11,319 nt of DNA from Elainellaceae cyanobacterium (GCA_051117555.1 JBNPEG010000097.1:1-11319), one strand, 5' to 3'; counted from the first letter of the stretch, positions 1-10,775 are shown. Notes: generated by a model from the letters alone, not told the origin. Translations and numbers: made by a program.

Positions 1-87
1 ATTGCTATAGGAAAATTCAGAGTTGGTTTATGAGCGAAATATCGTTTAGGATAAAAGACTAGTACATGGAAACTACATTATCCTGCT

Positions 88-387
88 ATGCGAGCTAGAA
101 TCGAGAACGGCGTTATTCTGCTGCACCAAGACGATGTGCCTGCCTTTAAAAAGGGCGGCTCTATCGTGAGAAATACGTATTTTTGGTCACTCCGGGCGAT
201 CGCCGGTCAGGCTCCTCGTGAGGGTGACTGGGAATATGAATATGAAATTTGGCTTGCGCTTCAACGAATGCTGCTCTCTTTTAGTGAATCAGGCTATCTA
301 GGGCTGCAAGAAACTATCCTAGAATTCCCGCCCCACTACGACATTCCGCCGATTCTCAAACCCGTTTCAACCTGGCTCGACGCGTAG
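88..387 (+). CDS. Hypothetical protein, 99 aa
   Basis: ATG at 88, TAG at 385-387, AT-rich upstream region, globular aromatic-rich composition, internal HIP1 site at 196-203, no overlap with other genes. No motif recognised. Confidence 0.8.
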   Translation: MRARIENGVILLHQDDVPAFKKGGSIVRNTYFWSLRAIAGQAPREGDWEYEYEIWLALQRMLLSFSESGYLGLQETILEFPPHYDIPPILKPVSTWLDA

Positions 388-420
388 GGTTGATCAGAGC
401 CATAGTCTCTCAGCCTGGAA

Positions 421-1305
421 TCAATACAAGTCAGGAACAAACGTTTGCGTTGACATAGGCGGACGTAGATAGTCTAATTCTCGCTGCCGAGGAGGTAATT
501 CAATTGCATCAAAGGGAAGCTCTTTATAAGGAACTTGGCTGAGCAAATGAGCGATGCAGTTTAGTCGCGCTCGCCGCTTGTCGTCAGCCTGAATGACGTA
601 CCACGGAGATTGCTTAGTGTCCGTTGCTGCAAACATATCGTCCTTGGCTTTTGAATATTCCACCCACTTCTCGCGAGCTTTCAAGTCCATCGGGCTAATC
701 TTCCAGCGCTTAGTCGGATCATTAATCCGGTCTTGGAAGCGTTGTTCTTGCTCCTCATCGCTGACGGAAAACCAGTACTTAATCAAAATAATGCCAGAGC
801 GTTGCAGCATATGTTCAAATTCGGGGCACGAGCGAAGAAATTCGACATATTCTTCGTATGAGCAAAACCCCATGACCCGCTCGACTCCTGCTCGGTTATA
901 CCAGCTCCGATCAAAGAGTACGATTTCTCCTGCTGCGGGTAAATGAGCCACATAGCGTTGAAAATACCACTGGGTTTTCTCGCGTTCTGTGGGCGCAGTC
1001 AGCGCAACGACGCGACATCCGCGCGGGTTCAAACACTCTGTGATCCGCTTAATGACTCCACCCTTTCCGGCTGCATCCCGCCCTTCAAACAGCACAACGA
1101 CTTTTAAGCCTTTGTGTTTTACCCATTCTTGAAGCTTAACTAACTCGATTTGCAGGCGCGCAAGTTCAGTTTCATATACTTTTTTCTTAATTTTTTTGCG
1201 CTGATCGGATTGTTCGAGTGGTAAACCTGTTCCGTTAGAATCGGGTAGATTATCCTTCTTTGATGTTTGCTTTTTGGGATGATTAGTTTGATTTTTCTTT
1301 CCCAT
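421..1305 (-). CDS. ppk2: Polyphosphate kinase 2 (single-domain, class I-like)
   Basis: Walker A FEGRDAAGKGG, WYFQRY, Walker B FDRSWYNRAGVERVMGF, KRWKISPMD, PWYVIQADDKRRARLN. ATG at 1305 preferred over TTG at 1317. Confidence 0.95.
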   Translation of the reverse strand: MGKKNQTNHPKKQTSKKDNLPDSNGTGLPLEQSDQRKKIKKKVYETELARLQIELVKLQEWVKHKGLKVVVLFEGRDAAGKGGVIKRITECLNPRGCRVVALTAPTEREKTQWYFQRYVAHLPAAGEIVLFDRSWYNRAGVERVMGFCSYEEYVEFLRSCPEFEHMLQRSGIILIKYWFSVSDEEQEQRFQDRINDPTKRWKISPMDLKAREKWVEYSKAKDDMFAATDTKQSPWYVIQADDKRRARLNCIAHLLSQVPYKELPFDAIELPPRQRELDYLRPPMSTQTFVPDLY

Positions 1306-1344
1306 GGGTTGTCTCAATATTCAACATTTAGATGCTAGTTCAAA

Positions 1345-2253
1345 TCACGCTGGACGAATGACGACTTTAGGAATCAATCTGAACTCTGATTCGGTTGGCT
1401 CGCGGTGCCATTCACCAATGCCCAAAAATTCGCCCATTTCATCGTGAACTCGAACTATCTCAGATGAAGTTTCTTGGCGTGATGAGTCTGGAACGATGAC
1501 CTTTTGTCCTTGTCGCCATCGCTGTGCCAGATCTGAATTCAGAGCTTGGGGCGGCACATGATTGAGTGCAGCATCGGGAGAAACTGGCTCAAAGGTTTGA
1601 TTTTGAAGGCGATCGCCCAGTTCGTCTAGAGTGAGGCTATCATCGAGGCAAAAGCCGCTGCTTTCGGTGCGAATCAGGGACGCTAGCGTTGCGCCCGTGT
1701 GCAACAGGTCGCCCATATCGCGGGCGATCGCTCGAATGTAGGTTCCACTGCCGCAGGCGATCGCCACATCCAACTCAGGACACTCGCCTGACCGCCAGCC
1801 TAGCGGCGTGATTTGATAGACCTCAACCGTCCGCACGGGCACCTCAACCGCTTCCCCAGATCGCGCTAAGTCATAAAGCCGCTTTCCGTTGACCTGGATC
1901 GCACTATATCGCGGCGGAATCTGCTGAATCACTCCTTGAAATTTGGGAAGAATGGCGTGAACCCTCTCCAGTTCTAACGCGGAGGCAGATTGTTGATCTA
2001 GAATATCTCCCTCAAGATCGTCTGTGCTGGTGCGAATACCAAAGCGAATCGTGGCGTGATAAGCCTTGTCGGTGCGTAAAAATTGCAGCAGCCGAGTAGC
2101 TCGACCGAGGGCGATCGGCAACACACCTGTTGCAGCAGGGTCGAGCGTTCCGCCATGTCCGACTCGCTTAATCCGCAGACGTCGGCGGACGTTGGCAACA
2201 CAGTCATGGGAGGTTAACCCTGGGGGTTTATTGAGATTGAGAAATCCTTGCAC
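1345..2253 (-). CDS. truB: tRNA pseudouridine(55) synthase TruB
   Basis: GFLNLNKPPGLTSHD, catalytic motif GHGGTLDPAATGVL, QIPPRYSAIQVNGKRLY, CGSGTYIRAIARD. GTG at 2253 gives (M)QGFLNLNKP; TTG at 2262 is the alternative start. Confidence 0.96.
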   Translation of the reverse strand: MQGFLNLNKPPGLTSHDCVANVRRRLRIKRVGHGGTLDPAATGVLPIALGRATRLLQFLRTDKAYHATIRFGIRTSTDDLEGDILDQQSASALELERVHAILPKFQGVIQQIPPRYSAIQVNGKRLYDLARSGEAVEVPVRTVEVYQITPLGWRSGECPELDVAIACGSGTYIRAIARDMGDLLHTGATLASLIRTESSGFCLDDSLTLDELGDRLQNQTFEPVSPDAALNHVPPQALNSDLAQRWRQGQKVIVPDSSRQETSSEIVRVHDEMGEFLGIGEWHREPTESEFRLIPKVVIRPA

Positions 2254-2292
2254 GGTATCCAAATGTTTGGGTGACTCATCAACGGGGCGGTT

Positions 2293-4104
2293 CTAATCGA
2301 ATCTAGCGCGTCTCACCCTCGATCGTTGCTCTCGTGATGCAGATAGCACCAGTGCGTTTTGCTTAAGAACGCGAGTCAATTGTTCAGAATTAATCGTTTG
2401 AACCAAATTCAGCGGAAGTGGAGCTTGGCTGATGCGGTTGATATACGCCGGAGTTAGATAGGCTTGATATTGAGACTGGTCGGTGACAAATGCTCTAAAG
2501 AAGGTAACGCTTAATGCCTCGACATATTGCTGAGCAAGCTGAGGCTGAGGGCCAATGATTTCGGGAGGCAACAGCAACGTTTCGCTGCTCTCAGATGAGC
2601 GGCCAATCGTTGAAAAATGAGTCGAGTTTTGAATAAGCAGCAAATATTTGTTCGGCACTTGCAGCCAGCTAAACGGCAAAATTTGCTCTATTAACGTAGG
2701 GGCGACAATATCTGCGCTCCCCGACACCAACATGACGGGCACGTCGATGGTCTCGAATCCCTTTTTGCCAAAGACGGTGCTACCGATTGGGTTGATCGCA
2801 ATGACTGACTTGACGCGATCCTCTTTCAGATTGGGAATCGGCGAATCTAAACCGAGCGCTCGGCATTGCAGCAATAGCGACAGATTGAGCGTATCTTCTT
2901 GAACGTCACCCTGAGGACAATCTTGCTCTAGCTGCTGGAAATTAATGGTTGCTCCGGCGAGGGCTAATGCGGTGTAGCCCCCAAACGATTGCCCGATCAC
3001 GCCTACGTTGTCTAAGTCGAGCCGACCCTGAAGCTGAGATTCGGCGCGAGATCGGCGTTCGAGCTCGTCTAGCGTATATTTGACATCCAGTGCCCGATCG
3101 ACAAATTCACTCGGATCAGCCACCTGAGTCGCAGCCCCGGTAAATAGGGCTTGGATATACTCGGCATTGCTGCCGGGGTGTTCGGGAGCAATGACGGCAA
3201 ATCCGTAGGAGGCTAAATGCTGAGCGAGATAGCTGAAGCTGGTTCGGTCTGAGCCTAAGCCGTGAGAAATGACGATGACGGGCGCTTGTTCAGAGATGTT
3301 GGGTACATATAAATCAACCTGAAAGCTGCGATCGCGACCTTGGTCATTGAGGTTAAACGTTTGTTCTTGCCATCTCAGCGGGCCTAAATCGCTAAAATCC
3401 GTCGTCGGGTCGATCCCAGGAGAATTTGATCCGATGTTCGATTCAAACTGGTTTTCGACTAGAGCGATCGCCTCTGATGTAGTGTTAATCAGCCGTTCAA
3501 GCTCTCTCACAATCGCTAGCGCTCGTTCGACATCGATGACAATGCTAGACGTTGGAAACTGTTGCAGGACGTTAAGCGGTGTTAAGCCGTCTGCACTGGT
3601 TGCAGACAAAATCAACGCGGCTCGCAGCGCATAAAATCCTGAGTTTGACTCGGTACGGACAATGTTGCCCAATCGCTCTAATAAGATCTCGCCCTGGCGC
3701 GTATAGAGGAAATTGGATAGGGCGATCGCATCGAGATCGGCAGGGGTGACCAGCAACTGCCTAATTTCACTAAGCCGTTCATCGTTGAGTCGTCGCGCAT
3801 ACGCAGCTAAGTCGTCTTCGACCGTGCCTTCTGTTACAAATGTTTCCAATGAATCAATCGAAATTGAAAGCTCGACTGGCCCAAACTGGACGCGGACATA
3901 ATCGGCTGCAACTGCCGAACCGCCAGCAAGAATAGCTGGAGTCATGCCAACTCCAACGGCTAGATTAATCCAGTGGGGACGAGGGATTCGAGAGCGGGCA
4001 ATTTTCTCAATCCACGATCGGATCTGGATTGAGAATCCATTCGGGGAGCAAGTCATATTAGAGCTTAAAATTGCAACATACAAATGGGGCTCTATATGCG
4101 ACAA
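2293..4104 (-). CDS. Alpha/beta hydrolase with N-terminal DUF1400-type domain (cyanobacterial dienelactone-hydrolase-like family)
   Basis: PVIVISHGLGS, nucleophile elbow GQSFGG, GSADIVAP (Asp), NSTHFS (His); N-terminal SISIDSLETF...GFYALRAALILSA typical of DUF1400 proteins; signal-peptide-like segment ending AVAA. Start uncertain (TTG 4104, ATG 4056 or later). Confidence 0.88.
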   Translation of the reverse strand: MSHIEPHLYVAILSSNMTCSPNGFSIQIRSWIEKIARSRIPRPHWINLAVGVGMTPAILAGGSAVAADYVRVQFGPVELSISIDSLETFVTEGTVEDDLAAYARRLNDERLSEIRQLLVTPADLDAIALSNFLYTRQGEILLERLGNIVRTESNSGFYALRAALILSATSADGLTPLNVLQQFPTSSIVIDVERALAIVRELERLINTTSEAIALVENQFESNIGSNSPGIDPTTDFSDLGPLRWQEQTFNLNDQGRDRSFQVDLYVPNISEQAPVIVISHGLGSDRTSFSYLAQHLASYGFAVIAPEHPGSNAEYIQALFTGAATQVADPSEFVDRALDVKYTLDELERRSRAESQLQGRLDLDNVGVIGQSFGGYTALALAGATINFQQLEQDCPQGDVQEDTLNLSLLLQCRALGLDSPIPNLKEDRVKSVIAINPIGSTVFGKKGFETIDVPVMLVSGSADIVAPTLIEQILPFSWLQVPNKYLLLIQNSTHFSTIGRSSESSETLLLPPEIIGPQPQLAQQYVEALSVTFFRAFVTDQSQYQAYLTPAYINRISQAPLPLNLVQTINSEQLTRVLKQNALVLSASREQRSRVRRARFD

Positions 4105-4180
4105 AAAAGGGCGTTAACACACAAGAGAAGATACCCACTGAGCAACAGCCATTCGGGAACGCGAAGTAAGTTCAGAATCT

Positions 4181-6474
<2,294 letters not shown>

Positions 6475-6482
6475 CTAATCTC

Positions 6483-6776
6483 TCAGACCTTTGAATGGCT
6501 CATCAGCAGCGCGTCAACAATCTGCTCCCATTCGAGCATTAAGCTCTCCCGCGACGCAGGTTTCTGAGCGCGACGATACCAATATCCGGCATTGCTCAAA
6601 TCGCCTTCCTTGCGATGCAAATAAGCATGCACCCACGCACTATCGCGATCGCCCTCCTCTTGAACAATGGCATGAGCACGGTGCCAGTCACCGCGATTGT
6701 CATACCATAAGGCTCGTAGGGCTGGAGAAAACGATGTCGAGCAGTCTGAACACTGGATAAAGTCGTCTATAGTCAT
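6483..6776 (-). CDS. Conserved hypothetical protein, 97 aa (helical, HAYLHRKEGDxxNAxYWY type)
   Basis: ALWYD..GDWHRAH.IVQ, AWVHAYLHRKEGDLSNAGYWYRRA matches a widespread small uncharacterised bacterial family as I recall it. ATG at 6776 avoids the overlap with the divergent GDPD gene that the 136-aa ORF would have. Confidence 0.85.
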   Translation of the reverse strand: MTIDDFIQCSDCSTSFSPALRALWYDNRGDWHRAHAIVQEEGDRDSAWVHAYLHRKEGDLSNAGYWYRRAQKPASRESLMLEWEQIVDALLMSHSKV

Positions 6777-6815
6777 CTCGTGTAGGTGAGTGAATACAGC
6801 AGCTTTATATCTATC

Positions 6816-7832
6816 ATGCCACCAGATGCTCAGAATCCAAAGCGCCATGGGTCGTCTCAGATTCCATTTCAGATTCCATTGGTGATTGCCCATCGAGGCG
6901 CAAGTGGCGATCGCCCCGAAAATACATTAGCAAGCTTCGCCCATGCTATTGATCTTGGAGCCGACTATCTTGAGCTAGATGTGATGCCGACCCGCGATGG
7001 CGTGCTGATCGTCTGTCATGATAATGAACTCTCAGCAACGACTGATATTACTCATCAGCCCGAATTTACCCATCGAAAGACAACCAAACGCATGGAGGGG
7101 CATCTGCTGACGGGCTGGTTCACCGAAGATTTCACGTATGCTGATATTCAACGGCTGCGGGTGAGAGAGAGATTTGCATGTCGCAACCAGGCGTTTAATG
7201 GGCGGTTTGGTATCCCCACGCTGGAAGAGGTGATTCAACTGGTGAAGCAGAAAACAGCTCAAACCAGAAAAACGGCGGGGCTGTATCTCGAAATCAAACA
7301 TCCCAGCTATTTCCGGGCCGTTGGGTTGCCCATCGAGCCGATGGTATTGGATTGCCTGACCCGCTGGGGATATACGGGCAGCGACGCTCCTGTCATTTTG
7401 GAATCCTTCGAACCCCAATCGCTTCGCACCCTTCGCCAACACACCGATCTGCCAATTTCACAGCTTCTCGGTAAGGCACACGAGCATGCGGCAGACAGCA
7501 ACCAGCCCTATGGATCATTCGTGACAACCGACGGGCTCCGGGCGATCGCCGACTACGCGAATGGAATTAGCCCTGCAAAGGGGCTGATTGTGCTGCCTCA
7601 TCTTGATGATGCGACTGAACTTGGGTTACCAACCTCCCTCATTGCAGATGCGCATGCTCAGGGGCTATGGGTGCATGCCTATACCTTCCGGAGCGAACCC
7701 CAGTTTTTGCATCCAGCCTATCGAGGCAATCCCCAGGTAGAATATCAGCAGTTCTTTGAATTAGGTGTGGATGGCGTGTTTAGCGATGCTCCCGATCAAG
7801 CCATTCGAGCCCGTGGGCAACGATTCTATTAA
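6816..7832 (+). CDS. Glycerophosphodiester phosphodiesterase (GDPD, GlpQ/UgpQ family)
   Basis: PLVIAHRGASG, PENTLASF, GADYLELDV, CHD (second His), YLEIKHP, VHAYTFR, GVDGVFSD. ATG at 6816 preferred over GTG at 6786; no evident signal peptide. Confidence 0.94.
   Translation: MPPDAQNPKRHGSSQIPFQIPLVIAHRGASGDRPENTLASFAHAIDLGADYLELDVMPTRDGVLIVCHDNELSATTDITHQPEFTHRKTTKRMEGHLLTGWFTEDFTYADIQRLRVRERFACRNQAFNGRFGIPTLEEVIQLVKQKTAQTRKTAGLYLEIKHPSYFRAVGLPIEPMVLDCLTRWGYTGSDAPVILESFEPQSLRTLRQHTDLPISQLLGKAHEHAADSNQPYGSFVTTDGLRAIADYANGISPAKGLIVLPHLDDATELGLPTSLIADAHAQGLWVHAYTFRSEPQFLHPAYRGNPQVEYQQFFELGVDGVFSDAPDQAIRARGQRFY
6857..6880 (+). repeat. 12-bp perfect tandem duplication
   Basis: TCAGATTCCATT x2, in frame in the GDPD N-terminus (QIPFQIPL). 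Confidence 0.85.
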
Positions 7833-7927
7833 CGCAGCACGTCGACTTCGTTAATATTGGCATCCCTAATTGGCATCTGCTACGCCCTATCGGGTATTCT
7901 GCAAAATATTGACACCCTGAATCGGCT

Positions 7928-8254
7928 ATGGACTGGTATTTAGGATTATGGGATTCGATATTGCCGTTCCCCGTTTTGATTGCAGCCGGGGCCCTGTTGG
8001 CGATCGCCTCTAATCGCAACAGGCACATCAAGAGTCGGTGGCAGTTTCCGGCGCAGCATCGCTCTGCGGTTTCACCGACGGCAGTGCCTAGCCCGCCGTC
8101 GTTTTCAGTTGAGTCGACCACATCGACCGCATCATCTCCGTCCTCGGATACGGCAGAACCTAGGCTGCCCGATTTTTTGGTGCAGCCGAAACAGGTGCCA
8201 ACTCCGCCAATCTCATTTGAAATTCAGAAATCCGATTCAATAGAGCCCCATTAG
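7928..8254 (+). CDS. Small membrane-anchored hypothetical protein, 108 aa
   Basis: N-terminal hydrophobic segment LPFPVLIAAGALLAIASN, Ser/Pro-rich disordered tail ending PISFEI; fills the gap between GDPD and the convergent gene; in-frame TGA at 7910 limits the start to 7928. Confidence 0.75.
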   Translation: MDWYLGLWDSILPFPVLIAAGALLAIASNRNRHIKSRWQFPAQHRSAVSPTAVPSPPSFSVESTTSTASSPSSDTAEPRLPDFLVQPKQVPTPPISFEIQKSDSIEPH

Positions 8255-8261
8255 TACCCGA

Positions 8262-8852
8262 TTAGCGCCCCATTTTGCGCTTCATTTGCTCTAATTCTTC
8301 TTCCATTTCCCAGCGATTGAACTGTTCCTCAAGGGGGTCTGCGCTTCTAGATGAGGCGGAGTTGCGAAAATCAGGGCTATAGGTCTGATTCCAGCCGCTG
8401 GTTTGCCATTGCTGAGCTTGAGAAGCCGTTCGTGCTGCTTGGGCTTCAGCAATTTTTGCCTTGACTTCTTTGCGTCGCTGCTGAATGTCTTGCTGAAGCC
8501 GCATTGACTGCTGAATTCGCTCTTGCACGCCCTTCATCTGTCCCCAAAGCTGATTGCCCTGACGCAGCAGAATTGCCTCTCTTTCTTCAGCCGGTCGCAC
8601 CAGATCAAACCGCTGTGCCTTTTTTGCCTTCTCGATGCGAAAATGCCAGCGCTGCACGTCCTGCGCGGTGGCTAAAATCTCATCTTGAAGCTGCTTTTCT
8701 CGAACTCGAAAGCTTGCCACCAACCGTAACGTCTCAGCTTCTTGTTCGCGAAGCTGCTCGTCAAGCGCCTGTAACTCAAGATGTGGATTATTTTTCAGAA
8801 ACTCCTCGAGTCGGGTTTCCAGAAAGCGGCTGAAGTCTTCAAATACTCCCAT
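8262..8852 (-). CDS. TIGR04376-like coiled-coil protein (PspA/IM30-related, cyanobacterial)
   Basis: N-terminus MGVFEDFSRFLETRLEEFLKNNPHLELQAL, long coiled coil with AKKAQRFDLVRPAEERE, C-terminal DPLEEQFNRWEMEEELEQMKRKMG. Family recognised from memory. Confidence 0.85.
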   Translation of the reverse strand: MGVFEDFSRFLETRLEEFLKNNPHLELQALDEQLREQEAETLRLVASFRVREKQLQDEILATAQDVQRWHFRIEKAKKAQRFDLVRPAEEREAILLRQGNQLWGQMKGVQERIQQSMRLQQDIQQRRKEVKAKIAEAQAARTASQAQQWQTSGWNQTYSPDFRNSASSRSADPLEEQFNRWEMEEELEQMKRKMGR

Positions 8853-8897
8853 TCCAGGGATTCCTCCGACAGCGTACCCTTTTATCGTACCGTTCTG

Positions 8898-9974
8898 TCA
8901 AAAACTCTGACCGATATACACCGATCGCACCTCTCCATTCCGGCGAATCATGGCTTCTTGGTTAGACACTGACACCAGTGTCCATCCGCTAGAGCCAATT
9001 TGGGCGCCCACTTCAACGCGGCGAGCCGTGTCATCAAATTCAAAAATAGCAGCCGAGCGATCGCCCATTTGCAGCAGCGCAACTAATGAATAGCGGTTGG
9101 CTGGAGCCACATTCGCAACCGGGGTAGGCGCTGGAGAGGGAGATGCCGCTGGAGTTGGGGCTGAGGCAGATGCTGCCGGAGCTGGGGCCGGGGCAGGCGC
9201 GGATTGGGACGGCTGGGCTTGAAAGGGGACGGGTTGTGGATTGACCAAGGAGGGAGTGAGCGGTTGGGGAGGCTGATAAACCGGAATATAGATGCGCTCC
9301 GGGCTCTCAGCTAATGAGTCGGGGGATGATGGCACAGATACGGTATTCATCGACCCGTTGCCATCAGGGGGTGTCATGGCCGCGGTGCGTTTTTCAGCAT
9401 CTGCTTTATGGTCAAGCGTTTCGAGCGATCGCTGCATATAGTCTAGAAAGGCGAGGTCGCCTGACTCGGTGGTTTCAGTTCCCACCCGCCCGTAGGAATT
9501 GGCTGGGGTGGGCTGTCGACCATGGAGCACAAACCATAACGCAGCCGTGATGCCCAATGACGCACACGCAGCTAACAGCAACAGCTTGTCGATTGACGCT
9601 CCAAACGGATGACGAGGCTTATGTCTGTGATTTGAGTCTGAGCGACCTAACTCATCGGGTGAAGATGCCAGCCTATCCGCCAACTCATCGTGGCTCAGCG
9701 TATCAGAGGATGAAGAGAGGGCTGACGAACGATTTTTGGATGACGGGTGAGACGTGGGCACCATGATTGCCTTATTGTCTAGCATTCGATTGACGTCATC
9801 GAAAAGCTCGTCAATTAGGTTTTCTGCATAGGACTCAGCCATCGAATTAGCATCAGACGCGGATTGATTATCAGATGGCGTTGAATTCGCTGACGAAGAA
9901 CTAGGCAACTGCTTAGAAGCATCAAGAACAGATTGCTTGGTTCGGATGTTTTGGGCGCTTGTGTCTTGAGGCAT
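8898..9974 (-). CDS. Bitopic membrane protein with Pro/Ala-rich linker and small C-terminal beta domain (GspC-HR/PilP-like by inference)
   Basis: Acidic helix YAENLIDELFDDVNRML, one TM helix LLLLAACASLGITAALWFVL, PAPAPA linker, C-terminal LVALLQMGDRSAAIFEFD...VEVGAQIGSSGWTLVSVSNQEAMIRRNGEVRSV. Confidence 0.8.
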   Translation of the reverse strand: MPQDTSAQNIRTKQSVLDASKQLPSSSSANSTPSDNQSASDANSMAESYAENLIDELFDDVNRMLDNKAIMVPTSHPSSKNRSSALSSSSDTLSHDELADRLASSPDELGRSDSNHRHKPRHPFGASIDKLLLLAACASLGITAALWFVLHGRQPTPANSYGRVGTETTESGDLAFLDYMQRSLETLDHKADAEKRTAAMTPPDGNGSMNTVSVPSSPDSLAESPERIYIPVYQPPQPLTPSLVNPQPVPFQAQPSQSAPAPAPAPAASASAPTPAASPSPAPTPVANVAPANRYSLVALLQMGDRSAAIFEFDDTARRVEVGAQIGSSGWTLVSVSNQEAMIRRNGEVRSVYIGQSF

Positions 9975-10019
9975 GGATACGAAATCTCGATCAGCAACTG
10001 CATTAAACCGTTTCCATCT

Positions 10020-10055
10020 CCAGAACTATAGTTCATTTTCTAGGAAGAGTTCTGG
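10020..10055. promoter_or_regulatory. Palindromic operator candidate (LexA-box-like GAAC-N4-GTTC)
   Basis: Perfect palindrome GAACTATAGTTC at 10023-10034, overlapping an inverted repeat CCAGAACT (10020-10027) / AGTTCTGG (10048-10055), about 50 bp upstream of the ATG at 9974. Confidence 0.4.
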
Positions 10056-10124
10056 TTTTTAGGCGAGATGGCGGTTAATACCCCAATTTAACTGCTAATC
10101 AAAACAAGTAGGGTAATATTCAAA

Positions 10125-10679
10125 TTATTTGACGAACTTGGGTTTCTTTGTGCTGGTTTTCTCGGCAATTTTTGAATCGGAATTGGACCGGGAAGACGCG
10201 CTTGGAGCGTCTGAAGACTTCGGAGAATTGGGGGAAGAATTAGGGTTAGTATAAATTTCAATGATGAGAGTCTCAATAAAGCCATGAATGAGGGCAACCC
10301 AATCAGGCGAACCGACACGGAGGATGGCACCAATCCGATAGATGTGTCCAGTTTGCAGCCCTGCTTTGCTGGCAGACTCGAACGACAGGGTAGGCGTGTA
10401 GGTGAAAACGTTGGCGATCGCCTGAGTTGTAGCGCGACCCAATTCTACATCGTCACCTAAACCGACGGGCTTTGCATAAAACTCAACCGTAATCTCAGGC
10501 GCAAGCGGCATCAGGGCGATCGCCCCTGCACCTTCAAACATTACGGTAACAGAGAGGTATCCTCCTTCGTCCTGCTCGATTGCTGAACAGGACACCGCTT
10601 CATCTGTGGGTTCCGTCACGATGCTCAAATGCGAAAGATGACACCGGATTGGCAAAACGCTGACATGAGCTTCAGTCAT
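10125..10679 (-). CDS. Hypothetical protein, probable beta-sandwich with Ser/Lys-rich tail
   Basis: Long non-overlapping ORF with alternating hydrophobic strands (LSVTVMF, ITVEFYAKP, YRIGAILRVG) and two HIP1 sites. Start ATG 10679 or TTG 10706. Confidence 0.78.
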   Translation of the reverse strand: MTEAHVSVLPIRCHLSHLSIVTEPTDEAVSCSAIEQDEGGYLSVTVMFEGAGAIALMPLAPEITVEFYAKPVGLGDDVELGRATTQAIANVFTYTPTLSFESASKAGLQTGHIYRIGAILRVGSPDWVALIHGFIETLIIEIYTNPNSSPNSPKSSDAPSASSRSNSDSKIAEKTSTKKPKFVK

Positions 10680-10775
10680 AAGTGGCAGAGAGGAGGGCTC
10701 TTGCAATCTCTATCGGATTGATTGACAAACGTGCTAAGGAACGTAAATTAAATTGTCTGCTAAATTATCACGTTT

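Noticed and set aside
62..76. NtcA site GTA...TAC upstream of the 99-aa gene
   Set aside because: The spacer is 9 nt rather than the required 8.
388..415. Intrinsic terminator between the convergent 99-aa gene and ppk2
   Set aside because: Only an imperfect GGTTGA/TCAGCC stem with a large loop and no U-tract on either strand.
421..1317. ppk2 as a recent horizontal acquisition (no HIP1 site, AT-rich 5' end)
   Set aside because: At about 1.6 HIP1 per kb an empty 0.9 kb is unremarkable, similar gaps occur elsewhere in the window, and the AT-richness reflects Lys-rich coding.
6777..6893. 39-aa N-terminal extension of the 6483-6893 ORF
   Set aside because: It overlaps the GDPD gene on the opposite strand; the conserved-looking part starts at ATG 6776.
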